This document shows, one piece after another, positions 35,507 to 45,275 of a DNA stretch of 59,596 nucleotides. Within the stretch, counting starts at the first letter, position 1. Each line of letters opens with the position of its first letter. The notes under the pieces are model-generated. The model was not told the origin of the DNA and made no database searches. It worked only from the letters and a program-made list of their open reading frames with translations. A program made the translations under genes and the position numbers. The stretch comes from Candidatus Solincola daggyaiensis (lineage in GTDB: Bacteria > Actinomycetota > Geothermincolia > Geothermincolales > RBG-13-55-18): assembly GCA_015711825.1 (NCBI GenBank), contig JACVJD010000003.1, positions 1 through 59,596 of the forward strand, read 5' to 3'.

Positions 35507-37966
35507 ATGAAGGTCTTCGAGCTGCTCGCCTCACAATCGGAAAAGCGCCCGTGGCTGGTGGTCATGGCGGCCGCCCTTATCACCGCCTTCCTCCTGGCCG
35601 GGTTCCCGCGCTTGAGCACCGAACTCAGCCAGGAGGCCATGATGCCCAAGCACTACGACTCCATCAAGGCCTGGGACGAGGTCAAGGACGTCTTCGGGGG
35701 CGTGTCCAGCGAGAACGTGCTCATAACCGCAGCAAGCGTCGCCGAACCGGAGATAGCGCGCGCCCTGCTGGCCATGGACCCCGCGGACGCGGTGGAGAAC
35801 GGCGTGCCGGAGGGCTCGGTGCTCGAGGTGGAGACCTACCTCGACTTCGTCAAGTACCGGCTTCCCGAGATGCTCCAGGCGATGGGGGTAACAGCGTCCA
35901 TCGACCCCGCCGCCGTTGACGACGCCTCCCTGGAGCAGTTCCTGGCCTTTTACCTCGATCCGCGTCCCCATTCGCCTTTTCTCGATCTCATGGCCGCTTT
36001 CACGGGCGGCGCCCTCGACCAGGAGGCGCGCGAGGGCATCCTGGCGGTGTTCCAGGAGAACCGCGAACAGATAGCCGGCATGGTCTCCGCCGACGGCACC
36101 GCGACCATGGTGAAGTTCCAGCTCGACCCCGATCTGAGCGAGAACGCCCTGACCGCCCTGGCCAACGACCTACAGTCCTACGTGTCAGGAAAATTATCCC
36201 ATATCGAAGGGGCGAGCGTTTACTATTCGGGAGACGCCTCCATCCAGCGCGATTCCCAGGAGTTCATGCAGAAGGAGACGAGCAAGCTCATGCTTATCGC
36301 CCTCCTCTTCGTCATGATCATCCTCTACCTGACCTTCCGGCGCTTATCGGATATCGGGTTGCCGCTGCTCATCATCATCGTGGCCATCTCCTGGATCATC
36401 GGGGTCATGGGTTGGGCGGGCATCACCTACACCACCATGAGCGTGGCCATCATGCCCCTCATGCTGGGCATCAACATCGCCTACGTCATCCACATCCTCA
36501 GCCGCTACTACGAGGAGAGGGAGGGGGGCGCAGGCGTCGATCTCTCGGCCACCACCGCGGTGAAGACGGTGGGAGTGGCCGTCTTCCTCACCGCCATCAC
36601 CACCCTCATAGGGTTCTCCTCCTTCATGATCACCGACATGCCCCCCATGCGGGATTTCGGCCTCCTATGCATGATGGGCATCGCCTTCAGCTTCCTGCTC
36701 TCCCTCACCCTCCTGCCCGCCATCATCGTCATCCGCGACCGGCGTAAGCGGGAGGAGAAACAGCGGGACCATCTGGAAAAGATGCGCAGGCGGCGGCGCG
36801 ACTCCCGCTACGGAGCGGCCATCGACAATCTGCTGGTGAGAATGGCCATGGTATCGGAGCGCAACCACTGGGCCGTCGCCTTGATCACCCTGGCGCTGGT
36901 CGCCTTCGCCGGCTTCGCGGTGTTCAACGTGAGGACGGGGGCGGACGTGAGCAAGATGATGCCCGAGGAGATGCCCAGCATGAAGGCCAACGAGATGATC
37001 ACCGACATCTTCGGGCCACAGAGCGCGGATATCATCCTGGCCAAGGGAGACGTTTACCGTCCGGAAAACCTCGCCGCCATACTGGAGCTGGAGGAGTCTA
37101 TCCCCCTGGACCCCCGCAACTACCCCGAGCGCGAGGACTACTTCGCGCGGGAGAGGATAAGCTCCATCGCCGACTACATCCTTATGGCCTCTCCCGAGGG
37201 GAAACTCCCAGACAGCAGGGAAGAGGTCATGGCCGTAGTGGAGCAGATATCCCGCCGCATGCCGGTGGAGGCCTTGGTAGGGGAAAAAGACGGCGAACAG
37301 GTGGCCATGATCATGCTCAACTCCGGCTTCCCGGAGACCGAGGACGAGATGCGGGTAAAGACGCAAATAATGCGCGATCGCTCCGCGGCGGCAGCCGACG
37401 CGTCCGGACTGAGGTTTTCCTCGACCGGGTTCACGGTGCTGGTGGCGGACCTGTTGGGGAATATCCTCCCCACCCAGCTCAAGACCTCTGGGCTGGCTCT
37501 CCTGCTCTGTGCCCTGGTGCTCATCCTGGTCTTCAAGTCCTTCGCTTACGGCATCTGCACCCTGGTGGTGGTGATATGCGGAATGGTGGCGGAGCTGGTC
37601 TTTCTCTTCGCGTTGGGATGGCCCCTGGACCTCATGACGGTAATGGTGGCCTCCCTGGTCATAGGGGCGGGCATCGACTTCGGCATCCACATCACCCACC
37701 GCTTCCGTGAGGAGAGGCATGTCAACGGCACCAGCGTGGAGGAGGCCGTCCGCAACACCGTCAAGCACGTGGGGCGCGCCTTGGTCGCAGCCGCGTTGAC
37801 CACCATGGGAGTCTTCATTATCCTGGGCCTCTCCAACATGGGGATGATGCAGCGCTTCGGCTTCACCACCGCCGTCGGCCTGCTGGGCGCTCTCCTCGGT
37901 GCCGTCCTGGTGCTGCCCAGCATCCTGGCCATCGTGGCCGGCAGGCGCGAGGGCGAGGGCTCCTAG
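35507..37966 (+). CDS. MMPL/RND-superfamily membrane transporter
   Basis: 819 aa with two repeats of a large loop followed by a TM bundle, with MMPL-like hydrophobic blocks. Confidence 0.8.
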   Translation: MKVFELLASQSEKRPWLVVMAAALITAFLLAGFPRLSTELSQEAMMPKHYDSIKAWDEVKDVFGGVSSENVLITAASVAEPEIARALLAMDPADAVENGVPEGSVLEVETYLDFVKYRLPEMLQAMGVTASIDPAAVDDASLEQFLAFYLDPRPHSPFLDLMAAFTGGALDQEAREGILAVFQENREQIAGMVSADGTATMVKFQLDPDLSENALTALANDLQSYVSGKLSHIEGASVYYSGDASIQRDSQEFMQKETSKLMLIALLFVMIILYLTFRRLSDIGLPLLIIIVAISWIIGVMGWAGITYTTMSVAIMPLMLGINIAYVIHILSRYYEEREGGAGVDLSATTAVKTVGVAVFLTAITTLIGFSSFMITDMPPMRDFGLLCMMGIAFSFLLSLTLLPAIIVIRDRRKREEKQRDHLEKMRRRRRDSRYGAAIDNLLVRMAMVSERNHWAVALITLALVAFAGFAVFNVRTGADVSKMMPEEMPSMKANEMITDIFGPQSADIILAKGDVYRPENLAAILELEESIPLDPRNYPEREDYFARERISSIADYILMASPEGKLPDSREEVMAVVEQISRRMPVEALVGEKDGEQVAMIMLNSGFPETEDEMRVKTQIMRDRSAAAADASGLRFSSTGFTVLVADLLGNILPTQLKTSGLALLLCALVLILVFKSFAYGICTLVVVICGMVAELVFLFALGWPLDLMTVMVASLVIGAGIDFGIHITHRFREERHVNGTSVEEAVRNTVKHVGRALVAAALTTMGVFIILGLSNMGMMQRFGFTTAVGLLGALLGAVLVLPSILAIVAGRREGEGS

Positions 37967-38488
37967 CAGGGAGGGGCATCGCAGTTCCCGTTCAAAAGCG
38001 CTTTCACCCCAAGGGCGCGGCGGCCTCTCTCCAAGGGATGAAAACATCTGCTTGCCGGAAACATGCCTGAGAGACAAGGGGACGATGGCGCGTAAATCCG
38101 CCTGTCGACAGGCGATAACGGTCCCCTCGCAACGGAGAAAAGAAAGGGCCGCAGGCCGGCGACTGCAAGTGATCCGCGGCCGGAAGCGGCTCCCATGGCG
38201 TGGTCGAGGCATGGATAAGCGCGGCAAGAAAGGGCGGGGAAAAAGGGCACGGTTGCCGAAAAAGATCTTGGGACAAAGAGCCGGGTGGCGGCCGCTTTCA
38301 ACGGGCATACCGACTCGCCTGGATGCCCAAGATGTTCTTACCCAAGACATGGATGCCGGCAGTGCCCGCCTTCAAGGCCTTGCGCCTCGCCGAGCAATAC
38401 AGGCGAAAATCCTCATGTGCCGGAGGCCTTTATCCCCGCCGCCGCCAACCCTTAGAATAGCGCCAGGAAAGACAGCGGGAGGTAGCGG

Positions 38489-39484
38489 ATGGTCATAGCC
38501 CTGGCGGTGGTGTTGGCCATGGTGGCCACCACCATGATCAACTACAGCGGGTACATGCAGAAGCGCGAGCTGGACAAGCTCCCCCTTATCGGCTCGCAGA
38601 GCCCGCTTAAGACGGTCAAGGCCTTTATCTCCTGCCGCCCCTGGCTGGAGGCCCAGGGCCTGCAGTTCGCGGGCACCTTCGTCAAGGCCATCGCGGTGGG
38701 ACTCGCCCCGCTCTCCGTGGTGCAGCCCATCAACACCGCGGGCATCGCCGTGCTGGCGGTGCTGGCCATCACCAAGTTGGGAGAGCGCCCCACCCTCTCG
38801 GACTGGCTGGGGATAGGGACCATCGTGGTGGGACTGATCATGCTGGGGCGCAGCCTCATCGGGGTCCCCTCCAAAGCCTTCTCCTACAACCCTTTCGTGC
38901 TGTGGTTTTTCGTGATCTTCTTTTTCGCCGTGGCGGGCATATCCCTGCATCGCGGTATCACCAGGAAAGGAACCCAGGCGCCCAACCTCATCGCCGTGGC
39001 CTCGGGGGTGCTCATCGGGCTGACGGCGGTGATCATAAAGCTGGGGTGGAACGACTTCGGAAGCCGTTTCTGGGAGCACGGCTTCCGCCACGCCCTCCTC
39101 TCCCCCTACCTCTACCTGATCGTGCTCCTGCCCTTCGTCACCCTGGTTCTGGACCAGACCGCCATGCAGCGCGGCAAGGCCATCGTGGTCGTCCCCATCA
39201 CCACCGGCATGTCCAACCTCATCCCCATCATCATCGGCATCGTGGCCATGCACGAGCCCATGCCCAGAAGCGCGGGGATGTTCCTTTTGCGTCTGGCCTC
39301 CTTCGTGTTCATCATCGGCGGGTCCGTCGTGCTCTCCCTGCGCAAGGATGAGGGCGCGGAAAAAGAGAGGGGCGAGACACCGGGCATCGATGCCGCGGTA
39401 GATTCCCACCTGGGGTCCTCCCCCGCCCTCGCAGGCGACAGCGTAAGGAGACGCGACCGCAGGATGATTCGCGGTGGAGGCTGA
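38489..39484 (+). CDS. Polytopic membrane protein, DMT-superfamily/NIPA-like
   Basis: 331 aa, about 9 hydrophobic helices, SD GGGAGG. The family assignment is tentative. Confidence 0.55.
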   Translation: MVIALAVVLAMVATTMINYSGYMQKRELDKLPLIGSQSPLKTVKAFISCRPWLEAQGLQFAGTFVKAIAVGLAPLSVVQPINTAGIAVLAVLAITKLGERPTLSDWLGIGTIVVGLIMLGRSLIGVPSKAFSYNPFVLWFFVIFFFAVAGISLHRGITRKGTQAPNLIAVASGVLIGLTAVIIKLGWNDFGSRFWEHGFRHALLSPYLYLIVLLPFVTLVLDQTAMQRGKAIVVVPITTGMSNLIPIIIGIVAMHEPMPRSAGMFLLRLASFVFIIGGSVVLSLRKDEGAEKERGETPGIDAAVDSHLGSSPALAGDSVRRRDRRMIRGGG

Positions 39485-39675
39485 CCGGGGACCATTCCCC
39501 GGGATTGCGCCGGCAATTCGCTCTTTCAATACCGGCAGACAAGCCGCCTCATGAACCGCGTGGGTAAACCGCCCCGCTTATCGAGATTGCGTCGCTCTTC
39601 CCGAGGCGATGCCGGCAAGATGACCGCCAACGCCACCAGGGGGAGGGTGTTGTTGGCGGGCCGGCCTTATCCTGC

Positions 39676-40032
39676 CTACTCGCCTTCTTCCTCGCTCTCC
39701 TCCTCGCCGACCATCTCCTCCTGCTCCTCGCCCGCTTCTTCATCGGCCGGCGTTTCCTCCACCGGCGCCTCGGAGGATATCTCCAGCCCCGCCTCCTCGG
39801 CCGGCTCCATGGATTTCCTCCAGCTCAATTTTAGCTCCAGCTTTTCCTTGTCTTTCTTTCTCTCCCCCTCCACCTCGAGCTCGACGACCTCGCCCGGCTC
39901 CAGCACCACGAACTCGTCCCCCTTGCTCAGCACCAACTTCCTCTTGCGCAGGCTTTCCAGTATGCTCTCAAGATAGCCCAGCGCCCGCTCCATCTCCACC
40001 CGACCTTCATACGAGACCTCTTTTTTCTCCAC
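39676..40032 (-). CDS. Small amphi-Trp-like protein with a ~45-aa highly acidic C-terminal tail (last gene of the GAK-like cluster)
   Basis: GTG 40032 lies 8 nt after AAAGGAGAG; the maximal ORF runs to 40086. The core EVSYEGRVEMERALGYLESI...KLELKLSW is paralogous to 44959-45240. The tail ends EEQEEMVGEEESEEEGE. Confidence 0.65.
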   Translation of the reverse strand: MEKKEVSYEGRVEMERALGYLESILESLRKRKLVLSKGDEFVVLEPGEVVELEVEGERKKDKEKLELKLSWRKSMEPAEEAGLEISSEAPVEETPADEEAGEEQEEMVGEEESEEEGE

Positions 40033-40082
40033 CTTCCTCACTCTCCTTTCATTGCCGCACACATCAACATCCGGCCGGAGAT

Positions 40083-41276
40083 TCACGCCAGCGAAAGCAG
40101 TACCTCCAGAAGCCTTCCCTCGTCCAGGTAAGGCGCGCTCTCCTCGCTCACCAGGTCGAAACCCAACACCTCTATGCCCAGCGCCCTCACCCTTTCCCGG
40201 CTCTCGCGGTCCCTGCCGTCCTCGGAACCCTCGTCGACGACGACGAACTGCAAAAGGCGGTCCGGGTCAAGACCATCCCCCGCGCTTCGAGACAGATAGG
40301 AGATCAGGCATCGCACGCGTTCCACGAGGTTCATGCCGGCCTGTTCCGGATCCCCGCCGGTATTGGGCACATACACCTTGGGGCAGCCGTTCTCGGCCAC
40401 CGCCTTTCCCACCCCCATGGGCAACAGGTTAGCCACCACGCTGGAGAAAAAACTGCCCATGGGGAAACAGATCAGGTCCGCCTGCAGTATGAGGTCCCTC
40501 ACCTTGTTCCTTATCTCCACCCGTACCGGAGTCAGGCTGCGGTTATCGGCCAGATAGATGCCGGTTACCCGGCTTCGGCTTTCCCGCGCGGCGCGGGCCA
40601 GCAGGTGCTGCCCGGCGACGCGTCCCCCATGCTCCAGCTCCGCCACCAGGGTGAGATCCTCGCTGACGACGGGCCTGACGACGCCCCTGGCCTCCACCAG
40701 CTTGGAGAAAAGGTAGAGGACGGGATCGATATGCCGGCCGTTGTTGAGGTATCCGCCGACGAGGATGAGGTTTCCCACGCTGGCGCCGCGCAGGTCGAAA
40801 TCCGCGGGCATGGCCTCGCGGAAGTAGAGCAAGTGATTGCGGATTATCTTGCGCATGGGGTCTATGACCCGCGCCACCAGCTCGTTTTTTCCCTCTATCA
40901 TCCTCTCCAGTTCGGAAAGCAGCTCCCCGTTGTCGGCCTGCTCGGGAAAACGGAAGCCGAACAAGCGGTAGACGTCCTCGTTCCCGGTGACGCCGCGGTC
41001 CGCCAGCGCCATGATGCGGTTCCTGAGGTCGCCGACGGAGAGCATGCCGAAAGCCCTTCTCAGCTCCGCGGAGCTGCCGCCTGAATCGAAGGGGGTTATG
41101 AGATGGATGGAGTTGTGGGTGTAGTCTATCAGCCGGCGGCTCAACTCCCTTAGCGCGGTGCCGCCGCTGAAAAACAGCAGCCTCGGCCCCGCCTCCGGCG
41201 CCTTCCTGCAGGCGGCGATCAGCCTTTCATCGGGAACCGGCACGGTCCTCGTGATGGTAACCATGCGTTTTTCCAT
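40083..41276 (-). CDS. CofD/YvcK-family (2-phospho-L-lactate-transferase-like) protein
   Basis: 397 aa from ATG 41276; the longer ORF-track version overlaps the upstream gene. LLFFSGGTALRE and ITPFDSGGSSAELR are family-typical. Confidence 0.75.
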   Translation of the reverse strand: MEKRMVTITRTVPVPDERLIAACRKAPEAGPRLLFFSGGTALRELSRRLIDYTHNSIHLITPFDSGGSSAELRRAFGMLSVGDLRNRIMALADRGVTGNEDVYRLFGFRFPEQADNGELLSELERMIEGKNELVARVIDPMRKIIRNHLLYFREAMPADFDLRGASVGNLILVGGYLNNGRHIDPVLYLFSKLVEARGVVRPVVSEDLTLVAELEHGGRVAGQHLLARAARESRSRVTGIYLADNRSLTPVRVEIRNKVRDLILQADLICFPMGSFFSSVVANLLPMGVGKAVAENGCPKVYVPNTGGDPEQAGMNLVERVRCLISYLSRSAGDGLDPDRLLQFVVVDEGSEDGRDRESRERVRALGIEVLGFDLVSEESAPYLDEGRLLEVLLSLA

Positions 41277-41302
41277 TCTTCCGCCTTTCAAGAAGCTCGT
41301 TC

Positions 41303-42397
41303 CTAGAGCCTCTCGCCCGCCAACATTCCCTCGCACAAGCAGGCCGCCTGTTGGAAAGCGACGGCGCCGTGGAGCTCGTAAACCGGACAGCTCCCAAGGC
41401 AAGCGATATACGCATCCCGGTCGTGCCGCACGCTTTCCGACCCTTCCCGCTGGAGGTAAAAGATGCCAGGCTCTTTCATAAAGCGGGGGAAGAGGTCTCC
41501 GCGGCTTCTCAAGTCTATCCTTCTCAGGAGTGCCGGTCCCTCCGCCGTTCTGTTCCAGTTGAGGACGACCAGGGCCCTCATCGCCACCGGCGCTGCGGCC
41601 AACCTGTCCGCGCCGAATATCTCCGCCACCATGACATCGTACTTGCGCTCGTATTCCCATAGCTCTTCCCTGCTCAGGAAGCGGCAAGCCTCCCGGTCCT
41701 CGCCCGTCAGGATGCCCTCAAGCCTCGGGCTCCCCAGGGCGGTGCCGGGGTTTATCCTCGGCATCTTGGGGATTCCTGCCATCTCCAACCTCTCCCCGGC
41801 CGGCCTCACCATCAGGCGGTCGTTGCTGACGAAAAGCGCGCCTCGCTCCATAAGGTGGAGGGCAAGGCTGGATTTGCCGCTCCCGGCCGGCCCCGCGAGG
41901 CCGATGCCCACGTCTCCGAAGGCTACGCCGGCGGCGTGGAAGAGCATATAGCCCCTGTCCAGCATCCATTGCATATAGCGGCTGTTGATGAAATTGATGA
42001 CCTGGTTGTCGTTCTGCAGGCACGGACCTAGGGCGGCGTTGATCTCCCCTCCGAAGACGAAGACCATGCCCGTGTGCTTCTTCCTGACCACCCTGCCGCC
42101 CTTAAGGTCGAGGAATTCCTCCTTGACCCTGCTCTTACCGGGGCCCGGAGGGTTGTCCCGCAGGGCGAGGGGCAGAGAGCGGGGGGGGGACTGAAAGGCG
42201 CTGACCCGTATGTCCGGCTCCCCTTCCCCGCACAGGTATGCCTCGTAGTAACCTCTAAGCCGGTCGATGAGCTCAGGGGAGTCGGCCATCACGTCGATGC
42301 GGCAGCGGTAAAAGGACAGGCGCAGGACCTCCTTCGCCTCGTTCGCGTCGCGCAAGAGAGCCAGCAGGGCCGCGGGGCTTATGTTTTCCTCAACCAT
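41303..42397 (-). CDS. HprK/P-related P-loop serine kinase-like protein
   Basis: 364 aa. GLAGPAGSGKSSLALHLMERGALFVSNDRLMV parallels the HprK/P segment G-SG-GKS..AL.L..RG..LV.DD. It overlaps the ATP-grasp stop by 8 nt. Confidence 0.7.
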   Translation of the reverse strand: MVEENISPAALLALLRDANEAKEVLRLSFYRCRIDVMADSPELIDRLRGYYEAYLCGEGEPDIRVSAFQSPPRSLPLALRDNPPGPGKSRVKEEFLDLKGGRVVRKKHTGMVFVFGGEINAALGPCLQNDNQVINFINSRYMQWMLDRGYMLFHAAGVAFGDVGIGLAGPAGSGKSSLALHLMERGALFVSNDRLMVRPAGERLEMAGIPKMPRINPGTALGSPRLEGILTGEDREACRFLSREELWEYERKYDVMVAEIFGADRLAAAPVAMRALVVLNWNRTAEGPALLRRIDLRSRGDLFPRFMKEPGIFYLQREGSESVRHDRDAYIACLGSCPVYELHGAVAFQQAACLCEGMLAGERL

Positions 42398-43292
42398 TCC
42401 CGAGAACCTCCATCGCGTACTGGGCGTATGCTCTCGCGGCGTCTATTCCGCAACCCTCCAGCAAGCCCCTGAAGCCTCCGAAGGCGGATACCTCGAACAC
42501 CATGGGACCCTCCACGGTCTCAACCAAGTCCACGCAGGTGAAATCGAGGTCGAAGACCCGCCGGGCTCGCTCCGCCGTTTCCAGCACCTCGCGGGAGGGA
42601 CGACAGTCCACGTATCTTCCGCCGGCGCGTATGGTGGTATTCCATGAGCCTTTGCCTTGAAGCCTGGCATAAGTGCCCAGGTAACGGTGGCCCAAGAATG
42701 CCACGCCCAGATCCCGTCCCGGTATGTCCACCTTCTTCTGCATATAGACGAGGGGATTCCCCGCCCTCATGAACTCCTCCAGGGCGCGCCGTCCCGCCGG
42801 ACCACGCTCCACCAGCGCCATTCCCCGCGCCCGCGAGGTGAAAAGAGGCTTAAGGACAGCAGTTCCATATTCTTCCAGCTTATCCATGAGCAGATCCGTA
42901 TCCTCCGCGACCGTGGTAGGGGGCATGGGCACGCCCGCCTTCCTCAGCGCCATGGTGCACTCCAGGCGATCGACCAGCCTCATCATCTTCTCGGGCGGAG
43001 AGAACACCCTTACCCCGCGCGAGGCGAGGAAGCTCAACACGCAGAGGCGATCGCGGAAAACGGGGGCGTACTCGCTTCCCACCTTCTTGACCATGAGGGC
43101 GTCGTATCCCGCTAGATCCTCGCCTTGGTGGAGGACCGTGCCCCGCTCGAAGTCCGTGACCACCTTGCCCATGTCGATGACCGAAACCCGGCCCGACAAG
43201 AGCTCGACTCTCGAGGCCAGCATCTCCGTCGACCAGGCCCCCGGTACGCCCACCACCGCTATTCTCCTCAATTTTCCGACCCTCCGATGCAT
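42390..43292 (-). CDS. RimK-like ATP-grasp ligase
   Basis: 300 aa with an ATP-grasp layout (central VLKPLFTSRARGMALV, C-terminal DLDFTCVDLVE). Confidence 0.75.
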   Translation of the reverse strand: MHRRVGKLRRIAVVGVPGAWSTEMLASRVELLSGRVSVIDMGKVVTDFERGTVLHQGEDLAGYDALMVKKVGSEYAPVFRDRLCVLSFLASRGVRVFSPPEKMMRLVDRLECTMALRKAGVPMPPTTVAEDTDLLMDKLEEYGTAVLKPLFTSRARGMALVERGPAGRRALEEFMRAGNPLVYMQKKVDIPGRDLGVAFLGHRYLGTYARLQGKGSWNTTIRAGGRYVDCRPSREVLETAERARRVFDLDFTCVDLVETVEGPMVFEVSAFGGFRGLLEGCGIDAARAYAQYAMEVLGNG

Positions 43293-43304
43293 AGCGCGGG
43301 CATG

Positions 43305-44954
43305 TCAATACAAAATGACCTCCACGGGAAAGCTGAACTCCTCGAGGCGGGCGCCTTGCGACGCTCGCAGCTTTTCCAGGAGATAGCAGCCCCTCTGGAA
43401 CATCGTTCCGGCGAACCTATGGTTCAACTCGAACCTCGTCGAGGTGATGAAGGCGCGGGAAAGGCCGAGGGCCAGCCGGGCCGAGAAAAGACGGTCTCCC
43501 CGCTCCTCGGCGAAGGCTTTAAAAGCCCGCAGGCTTTCCAGGCACACCGCGTCTATCCTGTTGCGAAGCGCGGGATCGAAGACGGGCAACCTGAAATTGG
43601 AGACCAGGAAAACGGCGGCGTCCTGGACGTAATCGAAATCACGGGAACGGTAAACGTCCACCAGGTATACCCTGTCGAGAAGGCGGTCATAGATAAGGTT
43701 GTCGTTGTTGAGGTCCCCGTGGACGAGGACGGAAAAAGGTGCGGGGAGAAGCTCTTGTACGGACCCGGCCTCCTCCACGAAAGCCCTGAAAGGCGGGACC
43801 TCCAGGTCTCCTATGCACAACCTCCCCCGGTCGAACTCCGGGTGCACCCGCAGAACGTCATCCAGCCTCTCCAGTAGCTGTTCAACGTAATTCACCCGCA
43901 CCGTCCCCGCCCGCAAGGTGCGCGCCCAGGCTTGAGGGATCTCGCGCAGGATGGCGGCCAGCGCCCTTCCGACCAGTTCTTCGTCGCCGCCCAGGAGTAT
44001 GCTCTGGAAGGTCTCTCCCCTCAGGTACTCGATGATCATGGAGGCGCTTTCGCCGCTCTCCTGAACGCCGAACACCCGGGGGGCCATACCGGGGTTCAGG
44101 TCGCGCCATAGCTGCAATTTATCCCGTTCAGCCAGTATCTTCTCCGCCCTTCCCTCTTTGAAGATGACGGGCTTGGCCGTTTCCCCGTGTCTCTCCTCGT
44201 CCACCAGCCCTATGCTGCACCCCGACTGCGTTTCCGCGAGCTGCCGGTAAGTGAAGGCCGCGCTTCCACCCTTCTTGACCTTGCCCACGACGGACTCCAG
44301 AGATTCCTCTATGGCCTCGTAGCTCTCAACCTTGAGCTTTTCCCCGACCACCGAGCTGATGATGGCCTCCCCGATATTCAACAACGCATCCCCCATCCTC
44401 TCCAGGTAACGGAAGATGAAGGTCGCGGTGAGCAGGTCTCCCGGGTCCGCCCCCGACCTGAGCTCCTCGAGGATGCGCGCGATAACCTCTTCGTAAAGCC
44501 TGTCTATCTCCCGTTCGCAGCGGCACAACAGGAGGGCGGTGGACACGTCGCCTTCCTCGAGGGAACGCACGATATGCCCCATGGCCCCGATTATGCTCTC
44601 GAAAAAAGCGCGATAGGGATAGCTGTGCATGAAGGACGGGTCCGACAGGTAGCGGCATTGCTCGACGATACTCACGGCGTAATCGGCGATGTGCTCGAGA
44701 TTGCCGGAGATGACCCCTATGAACCTCAAGCGGTTTATCTCCTGCTCGTCCAGCTCCGGTAGCCGGTTGGCGTGCATGTAGCATTTGTTCTCGATCACGT
44801 TCTTGAGCACGTCTATATAATCGTCTCTGCTCACCACCTTGGAGATCAGCACGGGATCCAGGCTCTCCAGCGCTGCCATCGCATGCTCGACCTGCTTGGT
44901 GGCCTCAAGAGCCATAAAGGCGAAGTTCTCGTTGATCTCTTTCCGGTAGGGCAT
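43305..44954 (-). CDS. Fusion protein: N-terminal PhoU-like domain pair plus C-terminal aminoglycoside/choline-kinase-like (APH-fold) phosphotransferase
   Basis: ATG 44954 lies 9 nt after GGAGGAAG and 4 nt after the upstream stop. The N-terminal ~215 aa has two PhoU-like repeats (NLEHIADYA; YLERMGDALLNIGEAI). The C-terminus has the kinase catalytic loop VLVHGDLNNDNLIYD and DVYRSRDFDYVQD. Confidence 0.7.
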   Translation of the reverse strand: MPYRKEINENFAFMALEATKQVEHAMAALESLDPVLISKVVSRDDYIDVLKNVIENKCYMHANRLPELDEQEINRLRFIGVISGNLEHIADYAVSIVEQCRYLSDPSFMHSYPYRAFFESIIGAMGHIVRSLEEGDVSTALLLCRCEREIDRLYEEVIARILEELRSGADPGDLLTATFIFRYLERMGDALLNIGEAIISSVVGEKLKVESYEAIEESLESVVGKVKKGGSAAFTYRQLAETQSGCSIGLVDEERHGETAKPVIFKEGRAEKILAERDKLQLWRDLNPGMAPRVFGVQESGESASMIIEYLRGETFQSILLGGDEELVGRALAAILREIPQAWARTLRAGTVRVNYVEQLLERLDDVLRVHPEFDRGRLCIGDLEVPPFRAFVEEAGSVQELLPAPFSVLVHGDLNNDNLIYDRLLDRVYLVDVYRSRDFDYVQDAAVFLVSNFRLPVFDPALRNRIDAVCLESLRAFKAFAEERGDRLFSARLALGLSRAFITSTRFELNHRFAGTMFQRGCYLLEKLRASQGARLEEFSFPVEVILY

Positions 44955-44958
44955 GAGG

Positions 44959-45240
44959 TCAATCTTCCTCCAGCGCCTCCACATAGAGGTTGCCGGCTTT
45001 GTTGCGCTCCTCTTCCCTGTCCGTCCAGCCCAGCTTGATGCTCAGCTTGACTTTGCCTCCCTTGTTCACCGCCTGTACGCCGACCTTGATCATCCCGCTC
45101 GGTTGCAGCAGGATCTCCCCCTCCTCGCTTCCCAGCCTCAACGCGCCCTTGGAGAAGCCGTCGCACACCGCCTTCAGATACCCCACCACCGCTTCGCGAT
45201 CCTGCAGCGCCTCGTACTCGAACTCCTTAAGTCTGGTCAT
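44959..45240 (-). CDS. Small amphi-Trp-like protein with acidic C-terminus
   Basis: 93 aa from ATG 45240 (SD GGAGGGG); the maximal ORF runs to 45279. EFEYEALQDREAVVGYLKAV...KLSIKLGW, ending YVEALEED. Confidence 0.65.
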   Translation of the reverse strand: MTRLKEFEYEALQDREAVVGYLKAVCDGFSKGALRLGSEEGEILLQPSGMIKVGVQAVNKGGKVKLSIKLGWTDREEERNKAGNLYVEALEED

Positions 45241-45275
45241 CCTTCCCCTCCAGGAACCGTTTCCCTTTCCCGCTT

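Noticed and set aside
41277-41687. Long N-terminal extension of the CofD-like ORF (534-aa version). The rnfC-like (to 16899), rnfD-like (to 15688) and saccharopine-DH (to 48145) ORFs have similar extensions.
   Set aside because: The extensions overlap the preceding genes, are Arg/Gly/Pro-rich, and in each case an internal ATG begins the conserved sequence. For the rnfC-like and CofD-like genes that ATG also sits next to the upstream stop.
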